Assembly: GCA_005889405.1 (NCBI GenBank)
Contig: VBFY01000061.1
Coordinates: forward strand, 64,769-128,768
Reading direction: 5' to 3'
From: Chloroflexota bacterium
Lineage (GTDB): Bacteria; Chloroflexota; Limnocylindria; P2-11E
DNA length: 64,000 nt
Part shown: positions 9,971 to 19,904 of the stretch, one piece after another
Layout of the letters: every line of letters begins with the position of its first letter
How positions within the stretch are numbered: position 1 is the stretch's first letter
Translations under genes and position numbers: made by a program
Notes under the pieces: model-generated
What the model was told of the DNA's origin: nothing
The model's input: only the letters and a program-made list of their open reading frames with translations
Databases searched by the model: none

Positions 9971-10805
9971 TCGGGAGGCTCTCGTCATTGCCCCATTCCT
10001 CCCAGCTGCCGTCATAGGTTCGAACGTCGTCGTGACCGAGTGTGGTGAGCACGAGATGCGTGAACGCCGCGCGCACGCCGGCCTGACAGTACGTCACGGC
10101 GGATGTCTCAGCGCCGAAGCCCGCGTTCGCGTACATCTCCTCGAGCTCGTCGGCGTCCTTCAGCATCCAATCGTCACGTAGCGCGTCCTTCCACAGGATG
10201 TTCACCGCGCCGGGAATGTGACCACCGCGCGCCGCGCGCTTCTCCTGACCGGTGAATTCGCTGTCGCGCCGTACGTCGAGCAGCCAGGGATCGCCGGTGC
10301 GCACCGCTGCGAAGACCTCGGCCTTCGTAGCGATCACGCCGTCACGTGGATGCGGAACGAATGTCGCGGGAGCGACCGTCGTCTCGCCCTTCTCGAGCGG
10401 GCGGGCCTCGGCGATCCATCTCTGGATGCCGCCTTCCATCACGGCCATCTTGTCGTGGCCGTAGCGGCGCAGCGCCAACCAGAGGCGCGCGGCGTGGTGG
10501 CCGCCCTCGGCGTCGTAGCCGACGACCGTCGTGTCGTTGCCGATGCCGAACCGGGACATCGTCCGCGCGAACGCGTCAGGCCCTTGGAGCATCCAGCGTG
10601 GATGGCCCGACGTGGGTGGGGGAGCGGACAGGTCGCGCGCCCAGTCGCAGTGCACCGCGCCCGGAAGATGGCCGCTGAGATACTCCGGGTGCGCGTCGCC
10701 TTCGAACACGAAGCGGCAATCCACGATGCGCACGTGAGGGTCCCGGAGCTTCGCGGCGGTCTGCTCGGTCGACCAAAACAGGTCCGGGCGCGCAAATGGG
10801 CTCAC
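9951..10805 (-). CDS. Tandem-domain rhodanese sulfurtransferase (SseA-like)
   Basis: GHLPGAV, GGHIPGA, active site CQAGVRA, YDGSWEEWG; GTG start 10805 inferred. Confidence 0.92.
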   Translation of the reverse strand: MSPFARPDLFWSTEQTAAKLRDPHVRIVDCRFVFEGDAHPEYLSGHLPGAVHCDWARDLSAPPPTSGHPRWMLQGPDAFARTMSRFGIGNDTTVVGYDAEGGHHAARLWLALRRYGHDKMAVMEGGIQRWIAEARPLEKGETTVAPATFVPHPRDGVIATKAEVFAAVRTGDPWLLDVRRDSEFTGQEKRAARGGHIPGAVNILWKDALRDDWMLKDADELEEMYANAGFGAETSAVTYCQAGVRAAFTHLVLTTLGHDDVRTYDGSWEEWGNDESLPIIVGRS

Positions 10806-10851
10806 GGTGTCAGACTCTAGCCGCAGTCGACCCCGCGCTGAGGAGGACGAC

Positions 10852-12150
10852 ATGAACGCGCGCCGCTCCGCCACGCTGATCGTGACCCTTGCGCTGCTCT
10901 TCGCGGCGTTCGTGGGGAGCACCGGCCCCGCCGCCGCGGCGAGCAAAGGTGGCACCCCCTCGGCGAGCTTCGCGCGGCTGGATCTCGGATCCGGCACGTA
11001 TAGCGGCACCGCCGCAGGCCACGCGGGACTCACGCTTTCGGGTCGACTCACCTCGGGCACCTACACGGATCCCTTTCCGATCGGGAGTCCGCACGACCTC
11101 GCGTATCGCAGCGGCACGTGGATCTCCGATCCGGTGATAACGCCGTTCGCATTCGACGAGCTCGTCGCCTCGTGGAACGCGGCGACGCCGGAAGGCACCT
11201 GGATCAAGACCGAGCTGCAGGCGACAGGCAGCGGCCGCACGACGAAGTGGTACACGCTCGGGATCTGGGCGTCGGGCGACGGCACGATCCACCGGACCTC
11301 GGTGCCTGCCCAAGGCGACGCGGATGGCTTTGTCGCGATCGACACGTTCATCCGCTCGTCGAAGGCCGCGCCGCTGACCTCCTACCAGCTTCGCGTCACC
11401 CTCTACCGCGCGGACGAGGTCGCGGGCTCGCCGACACCCACCGTGCGCTTCGTCGGCGCGATGACGTCGGCAGCGTCGGACTTCACGATCCCCAGCGTGC
11501 CGCTGCTGCTCGGTGTCGAACAGGAGCTCGCCGTACCGCCGCTTTCACAGGAAGTCCACCGCGGTGAATTCACCGTGTACGACGGTGGCGGCGAGGCGTG
11601 GTGCAGCCCGACCTCGACGGCGATGGTGCTCGACTACTGGAAGCTCGCCGGCTACCCCAACAGTGGGCCCACCATCGCGCAGCTCAGCGCCTTCCCCGGG
11701 CCGTCGTACGCCGACGGTCAGGTCGACTATGCCGCGCGCTATGTCTACGACTACAACTACAAAGGCGCGGGCAATTGGCCGGACAACGCCGCCTACGCCG
11801 CGTCGTTCGCGGGGATGAACGGCTTCGTCACACGCCTGCGTTCGTTCCGCGAGGCCGAGCTCTTCATACGGGCCGGCATCCCCCTTGTCGCCTCGATCAA
11901 TGGCAAGCTGCCGGGCTTCCTGTTCAAGAAGACGAGCGGGCATCTCCTCGTGATCCGTGGCTTCACAAAAGCCGGTGACGTCATCACCAACGATCCCGCG
12001 GTGCTCTCCGATCCGGAGGCGCGCGTGATCTACGCGCGCGCCGATTTCGAGAACGTATGGCTCGGCGGGTCCGCCGGGATCGTCTACGTGATCTATCCGG
12101 ATGGCGTCTCGCTGCCACCGAGCGTCGAGGGCTTCGACAAGAACTGGTGA
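10852..12150 (+). CDS. Secreted C39-like cysteine peptidase, paralog 1
   Basis: AGGAGG RBS, Sec signal; WCSPTS (Cys), GHLLVIRGF (His), NDP (Asp). Confidence 0.88.
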   Translation: MNARRSATLIVTLALLFAAFVGSTGPAAAASKGGTPSASFARLDLGSGTYSGTAAGHAGLTLSGRLTSGTYTDPFPIGSPHDLAYRSGTWISDPVITPFAFDELVASWNAATPEGTWIKTELQATGSGRTTKWYTLGIWASGDGTIHRTSVPAQGDADGFVAIDTFIRSSKAAPLTSYQLRVTLYRADEVAGSPTPTVRFVGAMTSAASDFTIPSVPLLLGVEQELAVPPLSQEVHRGEFTVYDGGGEAWCSPTSTAMVLDYWKLAGYPNSGPTIAQLSAFPGPSYADGQVDYAARYVYDYNYKGAGNWPDNAAYAASFAGMNGFVTRLRSFREAELFIRAGIPLVASINGKLPGFLFKKTSGHLLVIRGFTKAGDVITNDPAVLSDPEARVIYARADFENVWLGGSAGIVYVIYPDGVSLPPSVEGFDKNW

Positions 12151-13466
12151 CCGTGATGCGCGGCCTGGCCCTGAGCGCGCTGCTCCTCGCGGCGTGCTCA
12201 AGTGGCCCACCCGCCGCGACTGCGTCGCCCGCGCCGAGTCAGGCCCCGAGCGTCGCGGTCAGCGCAGCACCAACTCTCCCGTCACCGCCAACCGAGCCGA
12301 CAACGGCCGCTGACGGGCTGCCGCGCAGCTTCACGCGCGTCGCCTTCGATGCGGGCACACACGACGGCACCGTGACCACCGACAAACGCCTGCAGCTCGG
12401 GCCGTCCCCCGCGAAGGGCGGCTACGTCGACCCGTACGGCGGGACGATCTCCGACGAGCGTGGTACGTGGACGTCTGCCGCGGTGCGGACGCCGTTCGCG
12501 TTCGATCGGCTCGTCGCCTCCTGGAACGCGACGACGCCCGCTGGCACGTGGATCGACGTGCTGATGCGCGCGAGTGGGGCGTCGCGCCAGACGAAGTGGT
12601 ACACGCTGGCCATCTGGTCGTCGGGCGACGAGACGATCCATCGCACCACGGTGAAGGGGCAGGGCGACGGTGACGGCCGCGTCAACGTCGACACCTTCGA
12701 GGCGGCCCCTCTCGCGGCAGAGCTCACCTCCTACGAGCTTCGCCTCATCCTTCACCGCGCGGCGGGCGTCACCGCGACCCCGAGCGTCGCACTTCTCGCG
12801 GCGGTGACATCGCGCGTCGCGCTGCCATCGCTGCCGAGCGCGTTCGGCGGCACCGCCCGCGATCTCGATGTCCCGATGCTGTCGCAGGAGACCCACACCG
12901 GCCACTATCCGGAGTACGACGGTGGTGGTGAAGCCTGGTGCAGCCCGACGTCGACCGCGATGGTGCTCGGCTTCTGGAAGAGCGGACCGAGCGCCACAGA
13001 TCTCGCGGCATTCCCAGGCGCGTCACATGGCGACGGTCAGGTCGATCACGCCGCGCGGTTCACGTACGACCGGAGCTACGAGGGTGCCGGCAACTGGCCG
13101 TTCAACACGGCCTACACGGCGCAGTACGGTCTCGAGGGATTCGTCACGCGCCTCCGGTCGCTGACCGAGGCGGAGCGCTTCATCGCCGCCGGCATCCCGC
13201 TCATCGCGTCGATCAACGGCGTCCTGCCCGGCTTCCTCTTCACCAGCACGAACGGGCACCTGCTCGTGATCCGCGGCTTCGACGCGAACGGCGACGTCAT
13301 CACCAACGATCCGGCTGTCCGAACGAACGCCCAAGCGCGCAAGGTCTACCCGCGGCTCGAGTTCGAGACCGTGTGGCTCCTCGGCTCGACCGGCACCGTG
13401 TACGTGATCCATCCGCTCGGTGTCGCATTGCCGCCGAACGTCCCCGGCCTTCCCGCGAACTGGTGA
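12147..13466 (+). CDS. Lipoprotein C39-like cysteine peptidase, paralog 2
   Basis: GTG 12147 or ATG 12156; lipobox LLLAAC, Pro/Thr linker, same catalytic motifs as the upstream gene. Confidence 0.88.
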   Translation: MTVMRGLALSALLLAACSSGPPAATASPAPSQAPSVAVSAAPTLPSPPTEPTTAADGLPRSFTRVAFDAGTHDGTVTTDKRLQLGPSPAKGGYVDPYGGTISDERGTWTSAAVRTPFAFDRLVASWNATTPAGTWIDVLMRASGASRQTKWYTLAIWSSGDETIHRTTVKGQGDGDGRVNVDTFEAAPLAAELTSYELRLILHRAAGVTATPSVALLAAVTSRVALPSLPSAFGGTARDLDVPMLSQETHTGHYPEYDGGGEAWCSPTSTAMVLGFWKSGPSATDLAAFPGASHGDGQVDHAARFTYDRSYEGAGNWPFNTAYTAQYGLEGFVTRLRSLTEAERFIAAGIPLIASINGVLPGFLFTSTNGHLLVIRGFDANGDVITNDPAVRTNAQARKVYPRLEFETVWLLGSTGTVYVIHPLGVALPPNVPGLPANW

Positions 13467-13708
13467 TACGCGTTCGGCTGATGGCGCGTCCCGACTGCGG
13501 CCTGTGCGACGAGGCCATGACCGCGCTGCGGCGCCTCAGCCGCCGGACGCCTCTCGACATCGAACGTGTCGACGTCACGCGGGACGCCGCGCTTCTCGAG
13601 CGGTACGTCGTGCGTGTCCCGGTCCTCGTTGCTGGTGACGCGGAGCTCGATGTGGCCGGTATCGACGATGGCGCCATCGGCCGCTGGCTGGACGAGGTCG
13701 GAGATTGA
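13463..13708 (+). CDS. Glutaredoxin-like protein (DUF836-like)
   Basis: GTG in GTGA overlap; CGLC motif, RVPVL. Confidence 0.85.
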   Translation: MIRVRLMARPDCGLCDEAMTALRRLSRRTPLDIERVDVTRDAALLERYVVRVPVLVAGDAELDVAGIDDGAIGRWLDEVGD

Positions 13709-14461
13709 CCCCGACGACGCCGGCCGCCGTGCGGCGTTTCTTCGAGCGCCGCTATCGCGATGCCAGATCGCCTGAGCGCGCCGCGGCGGGCAAGGCGTAC
13801 CTGAAGAGCGACCTTCGCTTCTACGGGACCACCGTGCCGGAGATCCGACGGGCGGCGAATGACTTCGCGCGCGAGCATCGCGACCTCTCGCGCGCCGAGC
13901 TGCGCAGGATCGTCGACGAGCTGTGGTCGACCGATGTCTACGAGCTCCGGTCGGCCGGGATCGCGCTGCTCTCGCGCCACGCGGACCTGCTCGAGGAGCG
14001 CGACCTTCCGTGGCTCCTCGGCTTCGTGCGCCGCTCGAAGACCTGGGCGCACGTCGACTGGCTTGCTGCGGATGTGATCGGCGGCGTGGTGGGCGAGTCG
14101 CGCAGCGCCCTCCGGCGGCTGCCCGCGTGGGCGCGCGACGAGAACTTCTGGGTCCGCCGCACGGCGCTCCTCGCACAGCTGCGCCAGCTGAGTCATGAAG
14201 CAGGTGACTTCGCGCTATTCGCGCGCCTCGCCTCGCCGATGCTGCACGAGCGTGAGTTCTTCATCCGCAAAGCGTTAGGTGAGCAAGAAACGGCCGGAGC
14301 TGGTCTTCGAGTTCCTGCGCGAGCACCGCGGTGAGGTGTCCGGTCTCACGCTCAGCGAGGGAGCGAAGTACCTTCCGGCGAGGAAGCGCCGCGCGCTGGG
14401 CTTGCCGCCGAAGGCCGCGTGGATCGACCGTGAGCGCCGCCGGAAGGCCTCAGGCGCGTAA
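13705..14461 (+). pseudogene. DNA alkylation repair (AlkD-like HEAT) protein, frameshifted near 14280
   Basis: WAHVD, NFWVRR, EFFIRKALG in one frame; VSKKRPELV...EGAKYL continues in another frame (14279-14461). Confidence 0.8.
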
Positions 14462-14482
14462 GTTCACAAGGACCAGTGCGGT

Positions 14483-15565
14483 CTAACGATCGCCAGGAAA
14501 GACCAGGTAGCTGAGCAGCACCCCGAGGATTCCGGTGAGGACGATCGTGCCCGTCACATCCGGCACTCCCCACCACACCCCGCCCTGGTACCCAAGCGCA
14601 GTCAAGAAATAGCCCGTCGTGAATACCATCGGGACCGCGGCCGCGAAAATGCGGATCGCGAGCGGTCGCGTCGCCGCAGGGCGGAGACGCAGCAACAATG
14701 CATCGCCGACGACGCCGGCGACGATGGCGTAGCCCAGCAGCGGCCAGAGCGCCAGAAGATTGCCCCGCGTGAGGAGCATGACGAGCGCATTGAGCCCGAG
14801 CACGACGGTCATGTCGCCCGGCCGCAACGAATCCCGCCGCAGCACAACAAGCACCGGGCCCATCACGAGGCCGGACTGCAGTAGGAGACCGAAGATTCCG
14901 CGTATCTCCTGCCACGCGATCACGCGCGAGAGCGTGAGATCTGATCCATCACGCAGCGAGCCGGTAAGCCAGATGGGCTCGGAGCCAGCGCTGACCGACA
15001 GCCCAGCGAACGGACTCGCGTACTGGGTCATGAAGGTGAGAAGGGTCACAAGTCCCGCGAGTGACACGACCGCCGTCAGGTGCCGCGACCAGGACTCGTC
15101 GCTCGCGCGGAACCATGCGGCTCGCAGCGGCCCGGTGATGATGAGAGTGCCACCGATAGCCAGCCCCAGATGTGTGGGGCTGAGGAGGGTCCCGACGTCC
15201 ACCTCGATGCCGAAGACGATGTGCCAGACCATGTCCAGCAGGCCTGCGACCCCGAAGATGACGACGCCCACGAGTGCCGCGTCATAGCCACGCGGTAGCA
15301 CGCCACGCCACGTGAGATCTGGAGTGCGGTTCCGCGCGACGGTCACGGCGAGTACGGCCGACGTCGCGAGGTAGCCGGAATAGAGGATCGCGTGCCACGG
15401 CGTAAAGAAGGTGTCGATGAGTGGCCGGATGGTGTTGTGCGCCCATCCGTCGATCGCCACCCCGGCGACCAGCCACACGGCCCCGGCGAGCATGATCCAG
15501 TCGAACCGCGCGTCGCTCGAGACGCTAACGGATCGGGATCGTAGACCGACGGACGCAGCGCTCAT
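14483..15565 (-). CDS. Polytopic membrane protein with two D-x3-H...H motifs
   Basis: About 9-10 TM segments; DGWAH...DTFFTPWH and DMVWH...SPTH; start ATG 15565 or GTG 15589. Confidence 0.8.
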   Translation of the reverse strand: MSAASVGLRSRSVSVSSDARFDWIMLAGAVWLVAGVAIDGWAHNTIRPLIDTFFTPWHAILYSGYLATSAVLAVTVARNRTPDLTWRGVLPRGYDAALVGVVIFGVAGLLDMVWHIVFGIEVDVGTLLSPTHLGLAIGGTLIITGPLRAAWFRASDESWSRHLTAVVSLAGLVTLLTFMTQYASPFAGLSVSAGSEPIWLTGSLRDGSDLTLSRVIAWQEIRGIFGLLLQSGLVMGPVLVVLRRDSLRPGDMTVVLGLNALVMLLTRGNLLALWPLLGYAIVAGVVGDALLLRLRPAATRPLAIRIFAAAVPMVFTTGYFLTALGYQGGVWWGVPDVTGTIVLTGILGVLLSYLVFPGDR

Positions 15566-15667
15566 GATGGTTCGCACAGCATCGTCCACCTCGTGTCAAT
15601 GTCTGCCTCACTCCGAACACGCGGACCGTATTCGGCCTCACTGAAGATGCTCCGCACGAACGGCCCG

Positions 15668-16312
15668 TCATGCGCGCAGGTACGTGAGCACTGCGAGGAC
15701 CCGGCGATGATCTTCGTCCGCGGGCTCGAGCTGCAGCTTCTGGAAGATGCTGTGGACGTGACCCTCGACGGTCTTGGGACTGAGCGAAAGCGCGTCACCG
15801 ATCGCGGAGTTCGAGCGTCCCTCCGCCATGAGCTTCAGCACCTCGCGTTCGCGCTCGGTGAGGTCGCCGACGAGGTCCCGATGTCGACGGCGGACCACCA
15901 GCTGCGCGACCACCTCCGGATCGATGGCCGATCCACCCGAGGCCACGCGTCGCACGGTCTCGACGAAATCGTGCACGTCGGAGACCCGGTCCTTGAGCAG
16001 GTAGCCGATCCGATCGGCGCCGCGCTCGAGCAACCGGAGCGCGTGCGTGGTCTCGACGTATTGCGAGAGCAGGAGGACGGCGACGCTGGGATGGCGCTCC
16101 CTGATCGTCGCCGCGGTCTGAAGTCCTTCGGTCGTGTTCGTGGGTGGCATGCGGATGTCGGTGATCACGATGTCGGGCGGGTCCGCGTCGACGAGATCGA
16201 GCAGCTGCGTGCCGTTCCCCGCGCGGCCGATCACCTCGAAGCCGGCACCCTCGAGTAAGCGCGCGAGGCCCTCGCGGAAGAGCACCGAGTCGTCGGCGAT
16301 CGTCACCCGCAC
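15668..16312 (-). CDS. NarL/LuxR family response regulator
   Basis: ADD, DIRMPP, GYLLK receiver motifs; LTEREREVL..MAEG.SN HTH. Confidence 0.96.
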   Translation of the reverse strand: MRVTIADDSVLFREGLARLLEGAGFEVIGRAGNGTQLLDLVDADPPDIVITDIRMPPTNTTEGLQTAATIRERHPSVAVLLLSQYVETTHALRLLERGADRIGYLLKDRVSDVHDFVETVRRVASGGSAIDPEVVAQLVVRRRHRDLVGDLTEREREVLKLMAEGRSNSAIGDALSLSPKTVEGHVHSIFQKLQLEPADEDHRRVLAVLTYLRA

Positions 16313-18525
16313 GGGAGCTCGGCCCGGACGACGGTGCCGTGGCCGCCTGGACTCTCCACGTTGAGGCTGCCGCCGATGGCCGCGGTGCGGTCCCGTAGTC
16401 CGACGAGACCGGATCCGCGGCGCGAGTCGACACCACCGACGCCATCGTCGCTGACCTCGACGCGGAGGCGGCCGGCCTCCTCCTCGATCCGGATCTTGAT
16501 CGACGATGCGTGCGAATGCTTCGCCGCGTTCGCCAGAGCCTCCGCGACCACGAAGTAAGCCGTGACCTCGACCGGCTCGGCGTAACGACGATCGGGAACG
16601 CCGACCACCGACGTTTCGATCGGCGAGCGGTCGGCGAGCGATGCGACCGCGGCATGGAGCCCGGACTCGGTCAAGAGCGGGGGATGGATACCGCGAGCCA
16701 GGTCGCGCAATTCCGAGAGTCCGGCCTGCATCTCGCGGGCGGCATGCTGGAGCAGATCGGACGTCTCCGACATTGGACCCGCGATGGCCTGTGCCATCCC
16801 CACGTTGAGCATGGCATTCACGAATCGCTGCTGCGCTCCGTCGTGCAGGTCGCGTTCGATCCGCCGGCGCTCCTCATCTTGTGCGGCGATGATCCGCGCG
16901 CGCGATTCGCGCAGCTCCTCGAACAGCCGGAACCGGCCGAACACCAGCCCGGCCTGCGACGCGAGGTCGCTCACAAGGCGAACCTCCATCGGTGTGAGGT
17001 GTTCGCCGCGCGGCTTTCGCACCACAAGCGCGCCGAGCTGCTCGTTCTCGTGGAATACCGGCACGACGGTGCCGGTCGGTCCGGCACGTGCGGCGATGTC
17101 GTTGGGATCGGCGAGCGTTTCCGCAGCCGGAGAGGCAGGCGACGCTGCGGCGAGCCGCAACCTCTCTCCGACCCTCACCCAGACCTCGACGAGCGCCGCT
17201 CCGGCACCGTCGCGCACGAGCTGTGCCATGCGCGGCAGTAGCACGTCGGCCGATTCCGACTGGCCCACGCTGCGCGCGAAGTCAGACAGGATTTCGTACG
17301 GATTCGCTCGCTTGCCGTAGACGGCGAGATTGGCGAAGGCATTGAGCCGAGCGCGCACCGGCTCGAGGAGCAACGCGATGACCGCGATCGCGATCAGAGT
17401 GACGACGGGACCCATGCCTGCGGTCTCTCCGACGAGGTTGCCGACGGCCGCGACGGTCACGCCGTAGCAAAGCGTCACGAACGCAGCGATCCCCGCGTAC
17501 ATGATCGTCCGGCTGATGACGAGGTCGATGTCGTAGAGGCGGTAGCGCATGATCGCGATCCCGACCGTCAGCGGCATCAGCAATCCGAGACTGACGTTGA
17601 AGACCTGGTCCGCCCACAGGGCGATGGGATGCAGGACATCCGCGACCTCCTGTCGAACGGGAGGGCGATCCGCGAACAGGATCGCCGCGAACCAGTCGCT
17701 GCGATTCACAAGGAACGCGATGGCCGCGAACGTCACCGCATACGCGAACCACTTCAGCTGCAATCTCGCTTCGCCAGACGCAGATCGCAGCCGCAGTAGG
17801 ACGGCTGCTCCGACGAGGACCGCGAGGATGTTGTTGCCCCAGAACAAAGCGGTCCCGGGCACGAACGGGAACATGTCCTGACGTAGCCACCCGAGCGCCT
17901 GCCCCAACGCGCGCCAGTCCGGGAGGCTGGTGACCGGAACTCCTTGCCTCCCTGCGTAGCCGATGATCATGAAGTAGGGACTATCCGTATTCAGCGCGAC
18001 ATCGCCCAGCTGAAGCAGGACGAGAAGGACGATCGCCACCGCCCACCGCGCCGACCGCAGACGCCCATCCGGAAAGAGGAGGACCGCGGAGACGGCGCAG
18101 GTGAGCAACAGCACTCCAGCGAAGAGCTGATAGCGAGCTGCCGTGTCCGCGAGCGGCAGTGAATCGGGCACCACGTTGAGGCCGTGGATCGCGTACTGGA
18201 CCGTGAAGTTGTTGAGCGCGTATGCGACAGCGAATGCAGCGAAGGTCCACGTGAACGCATTCCGTGGTTGCCTCCAAACGATCAGCCCGGCGATGGCGCA
18301 CGCCACCACCGTCGAGAGCGTTGCGAGCCCGAGCCGGAGCACATACGTCCACTCGAGTGACAACCCGGGAAGCGTGGAGCCATCGAGCTGCTTCCATGGA
18401 AGACTCTCGTGATCGACGATCGCAAGCGACAGCGTCGCGATCGCGAGAGTGGCTCCGCCCGTGGCGATCGCCAGTCCCGCGACGGCCTGTCGACGGGTCG
18501 GCATCGCGTCGCTGGTGGCGGTCAT
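16303..18525 (-). CDS. Membrane sensor histidine kinase (HisKA_3, GAF-like domain)
   Basis: Multi-TM N-terminus; ERRRIERDLHDGAQQ, EALANAAKH, DDGVG, GSGL.GL; ATG 18525 in ATGA overlap. Confidence 0.94.
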   Translation of the reverse strand: MTATSDAMPTRRQAVAGLAIATGGATLAIATLSLAIVDHESLPWKQLDGSTLPGLSLEWTYVLRLGLATLSTVVACAIAGLIVWRQPRNAFTWTFAAFAVAYALNNFTVQYAIHGLNVVPDSLPLADTAARYQLFAGVLLLTCAVSAVLLFPDGRLRSARWAVAIVLLVLLQLGDVALNTDSPYFMIIGYAGRQGVPVTSLPDWRALGQALGWLRQDMFPFVPGTALFWGNNILAVLVGAAVLLRLRSASGEARLQLKWFAYAVTFAAIAFLVNRSDWFAAILFADRPPVRQEVADVLHPIALWADQVFNVSLGLLMPLTVGIAIMRYRLYDIDLVISRTIMYAGIAAFVTLCYGVTVAAVGNLVGETAGMGPVVTLIAIAVIALLLEPVRARLNAFANLAVYGKRANPYEILSDFARSVGQSESADVLLPRMAQLVRDGAGAALVEVWVRVGERLRLAAASPASPAAETLADPNDIAARAGPTGTVVPVFHENEQLGALVVRKPRGEHLTPMEVRLVSDLASQAGLVFGRFRLFEELRESRARIIAAQDEERRRIERDLHDGAQQRFVNAMLNVGMAQAIAGPMSETSDLLQHAAREMQAGLSELRDLARGIHPPLLTESGLHAAVASLADRSPIETSVVGVPDRRYAEPVEVTAYFVVAEALANAAKHSHASSIKIRIEEEAGRLRVEVSDDGVGGVDSRRGSGLVGLRDRTAAIGGSLNVESPGGHGTVVRAELPCG

Positions 18526-19484
18526 GGCCGCCACCGCGGCCAGTCCTTGTCGACGCCGTCCAGGGTGAGGCGCTGGATGTTGCTGCCGTCTGGGCGCATC
18601 ACGAAGAGGTCGATCCAAGCTCCGGTATCGCGCCTGAACGCGATCCAGTGACCGTCGGGTGACCAGTCCGGCTTGTTATCGCCCCAGCCGAGATTCAATC
18701 GGTGCGTCTCGGCTCCATCCACGGAAACGACGAGGAGTGAGGAGCTCAACGGAACGTCTTTCGTACCGCTGGGCTCTGACAGAATGAAGACGATCCGCGA
18801 ACTGTCTGGCGACCACCGACCGTACGTCGCGCCTACATCGTCGTCGCCTACCTGGTTGGTGATTTGACGCTGGTCGCTGCCATCCGGCGACATGGTGAAG
18901 ATGTTGCTTGCGTTGTGGGGCCGACCCCAGGTGAACGCGACGCGTTTCCCATCCGGCGCCCACGACGGCTGCCCGAGGTAGTCCGGCCCGTGTGTCACGC
19001 GGCGCAGATCGCTGCCGTCTGGTCGCACGACGAAGAGACTGCGCGCGCCGGCGTTCGGACCGTCGCGGCTGCTATCGAACATGATCCACCGGCCATCCGG
19101 TGACCAGGTCGGATCACCGTTCCACGCGCCGCCATGCGTGAGCCGCGTGACCCTACCGTCCTCGAGCGCCATGACGTAGATCGCGGTCTCGCCGTCTTTC
19201 GGGCTGACATAAGCGATGCGTTCGCCATCGGGCGACCACGCCGGATCGGTGTTCCAGGCGTGGTCGGCGATGACCGGCTTGACCTGTCCGCTCGAGACAT
19301 CCAGTAGGTAGAAGCCGGTGCCCGGGCGGGGTAGGAAGTCGACGCAAGAGAAGAGGAGCTCCCCACCGATCTCCGGGTGCGGTGTGGCGTCTCTCCCGCA
19401 CTTCGTCACGGACTCCGGAGCCGCGCACGCGACCAGCTGCGAGCTCAGGAGAGCCACCGCCAACGCCGCGAGCCGGGGCTTCAT
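18522..19484 (-). CDS. TolB-like PD40 beta-propeller lipoprotein
   Basis: Lipobox LVAC; repeated P.WSPDG..IAF motifs. Confidence 0.88.
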   Translation of the reverse strand: MKPRLAALAVALLSSQLVACAAPESVTKCGRDATPHPEIGGELLFSCVDFLPRPGTGFYLLDVSSGQVKPVIADHAWNTDPAWSPDGERIAYVSPKDGETAIYVMALEDGRVTRLTHGGAWNGDPTWSPDGRWIMFDSSRDGPNAGARSLFVVRPDGSDLRRVTHGPDYLGQPSWAPDGKRVAFTWGRPHNASNIFTMSPDGSDQRQITNQVGDDDVGATYGRWSPDSSRIVFILSEPSGTKDVPLSSSLLVVSVDGAETHRLNLGWGDNKPDWSPDGHWIAFRRDTGAWIDLFVMRPDGSNIQRLTLDGVDKDWPRWRP

Positions 19485-19652
19485 CGCGACGATATTCCCA
19501 CCGGCCACCAGCGGTGGACCACGGTGCCAGCCCTGACCGTCCTTGCGCCGCGAGAGGGTCAGCCCGTGCCGAAGTCGCGGGTGCGCTCGGATGTGGCCGC
19601 TGCGCGCCGACCGTAGCGTCGCCCGAGCGACAGGCTCGACTGGAGGCACCAG

Positions 19653-19895
19653 ATGGAACGCATCGGACGAATGCTCCTCGTGATCATCACGACGACGGCC
19701 CTGACGATCGGCGTCGCGTCACTGGGGATCGCCGCGGTCTCCACATCGCAGCCGGCTTCCGGAAGCGCCGTCCGTGACCTCGAGTACGGCGTCCCGGGCC
19801 GTGGACCCATGACCCCGAAGCCAGGGCCGGCGGCATCCCCTGGACCGCCACCGTCGCCCCGAGCGACGCCCTCGCCGCGGCCCGGATTCCCTTGA
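19653..19895 (+). CDS. Small signal-anchored proline-rich protein
   Basis: GGAGG RBS; one hydrophobic segment then a Pro-rich tail; TAGCGT -10 at 19614-19619. Confidence 0.6.
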   Translation: MERIGRMLLVIITTTALTIGVASLGIAAVSTSQPASGSAVRDLEYGVPGRGPMTPKPGPAASPGPPPSPRATPSPRPGFP

Positions 19896-19904
19896 GCGCC
19901 GGGT

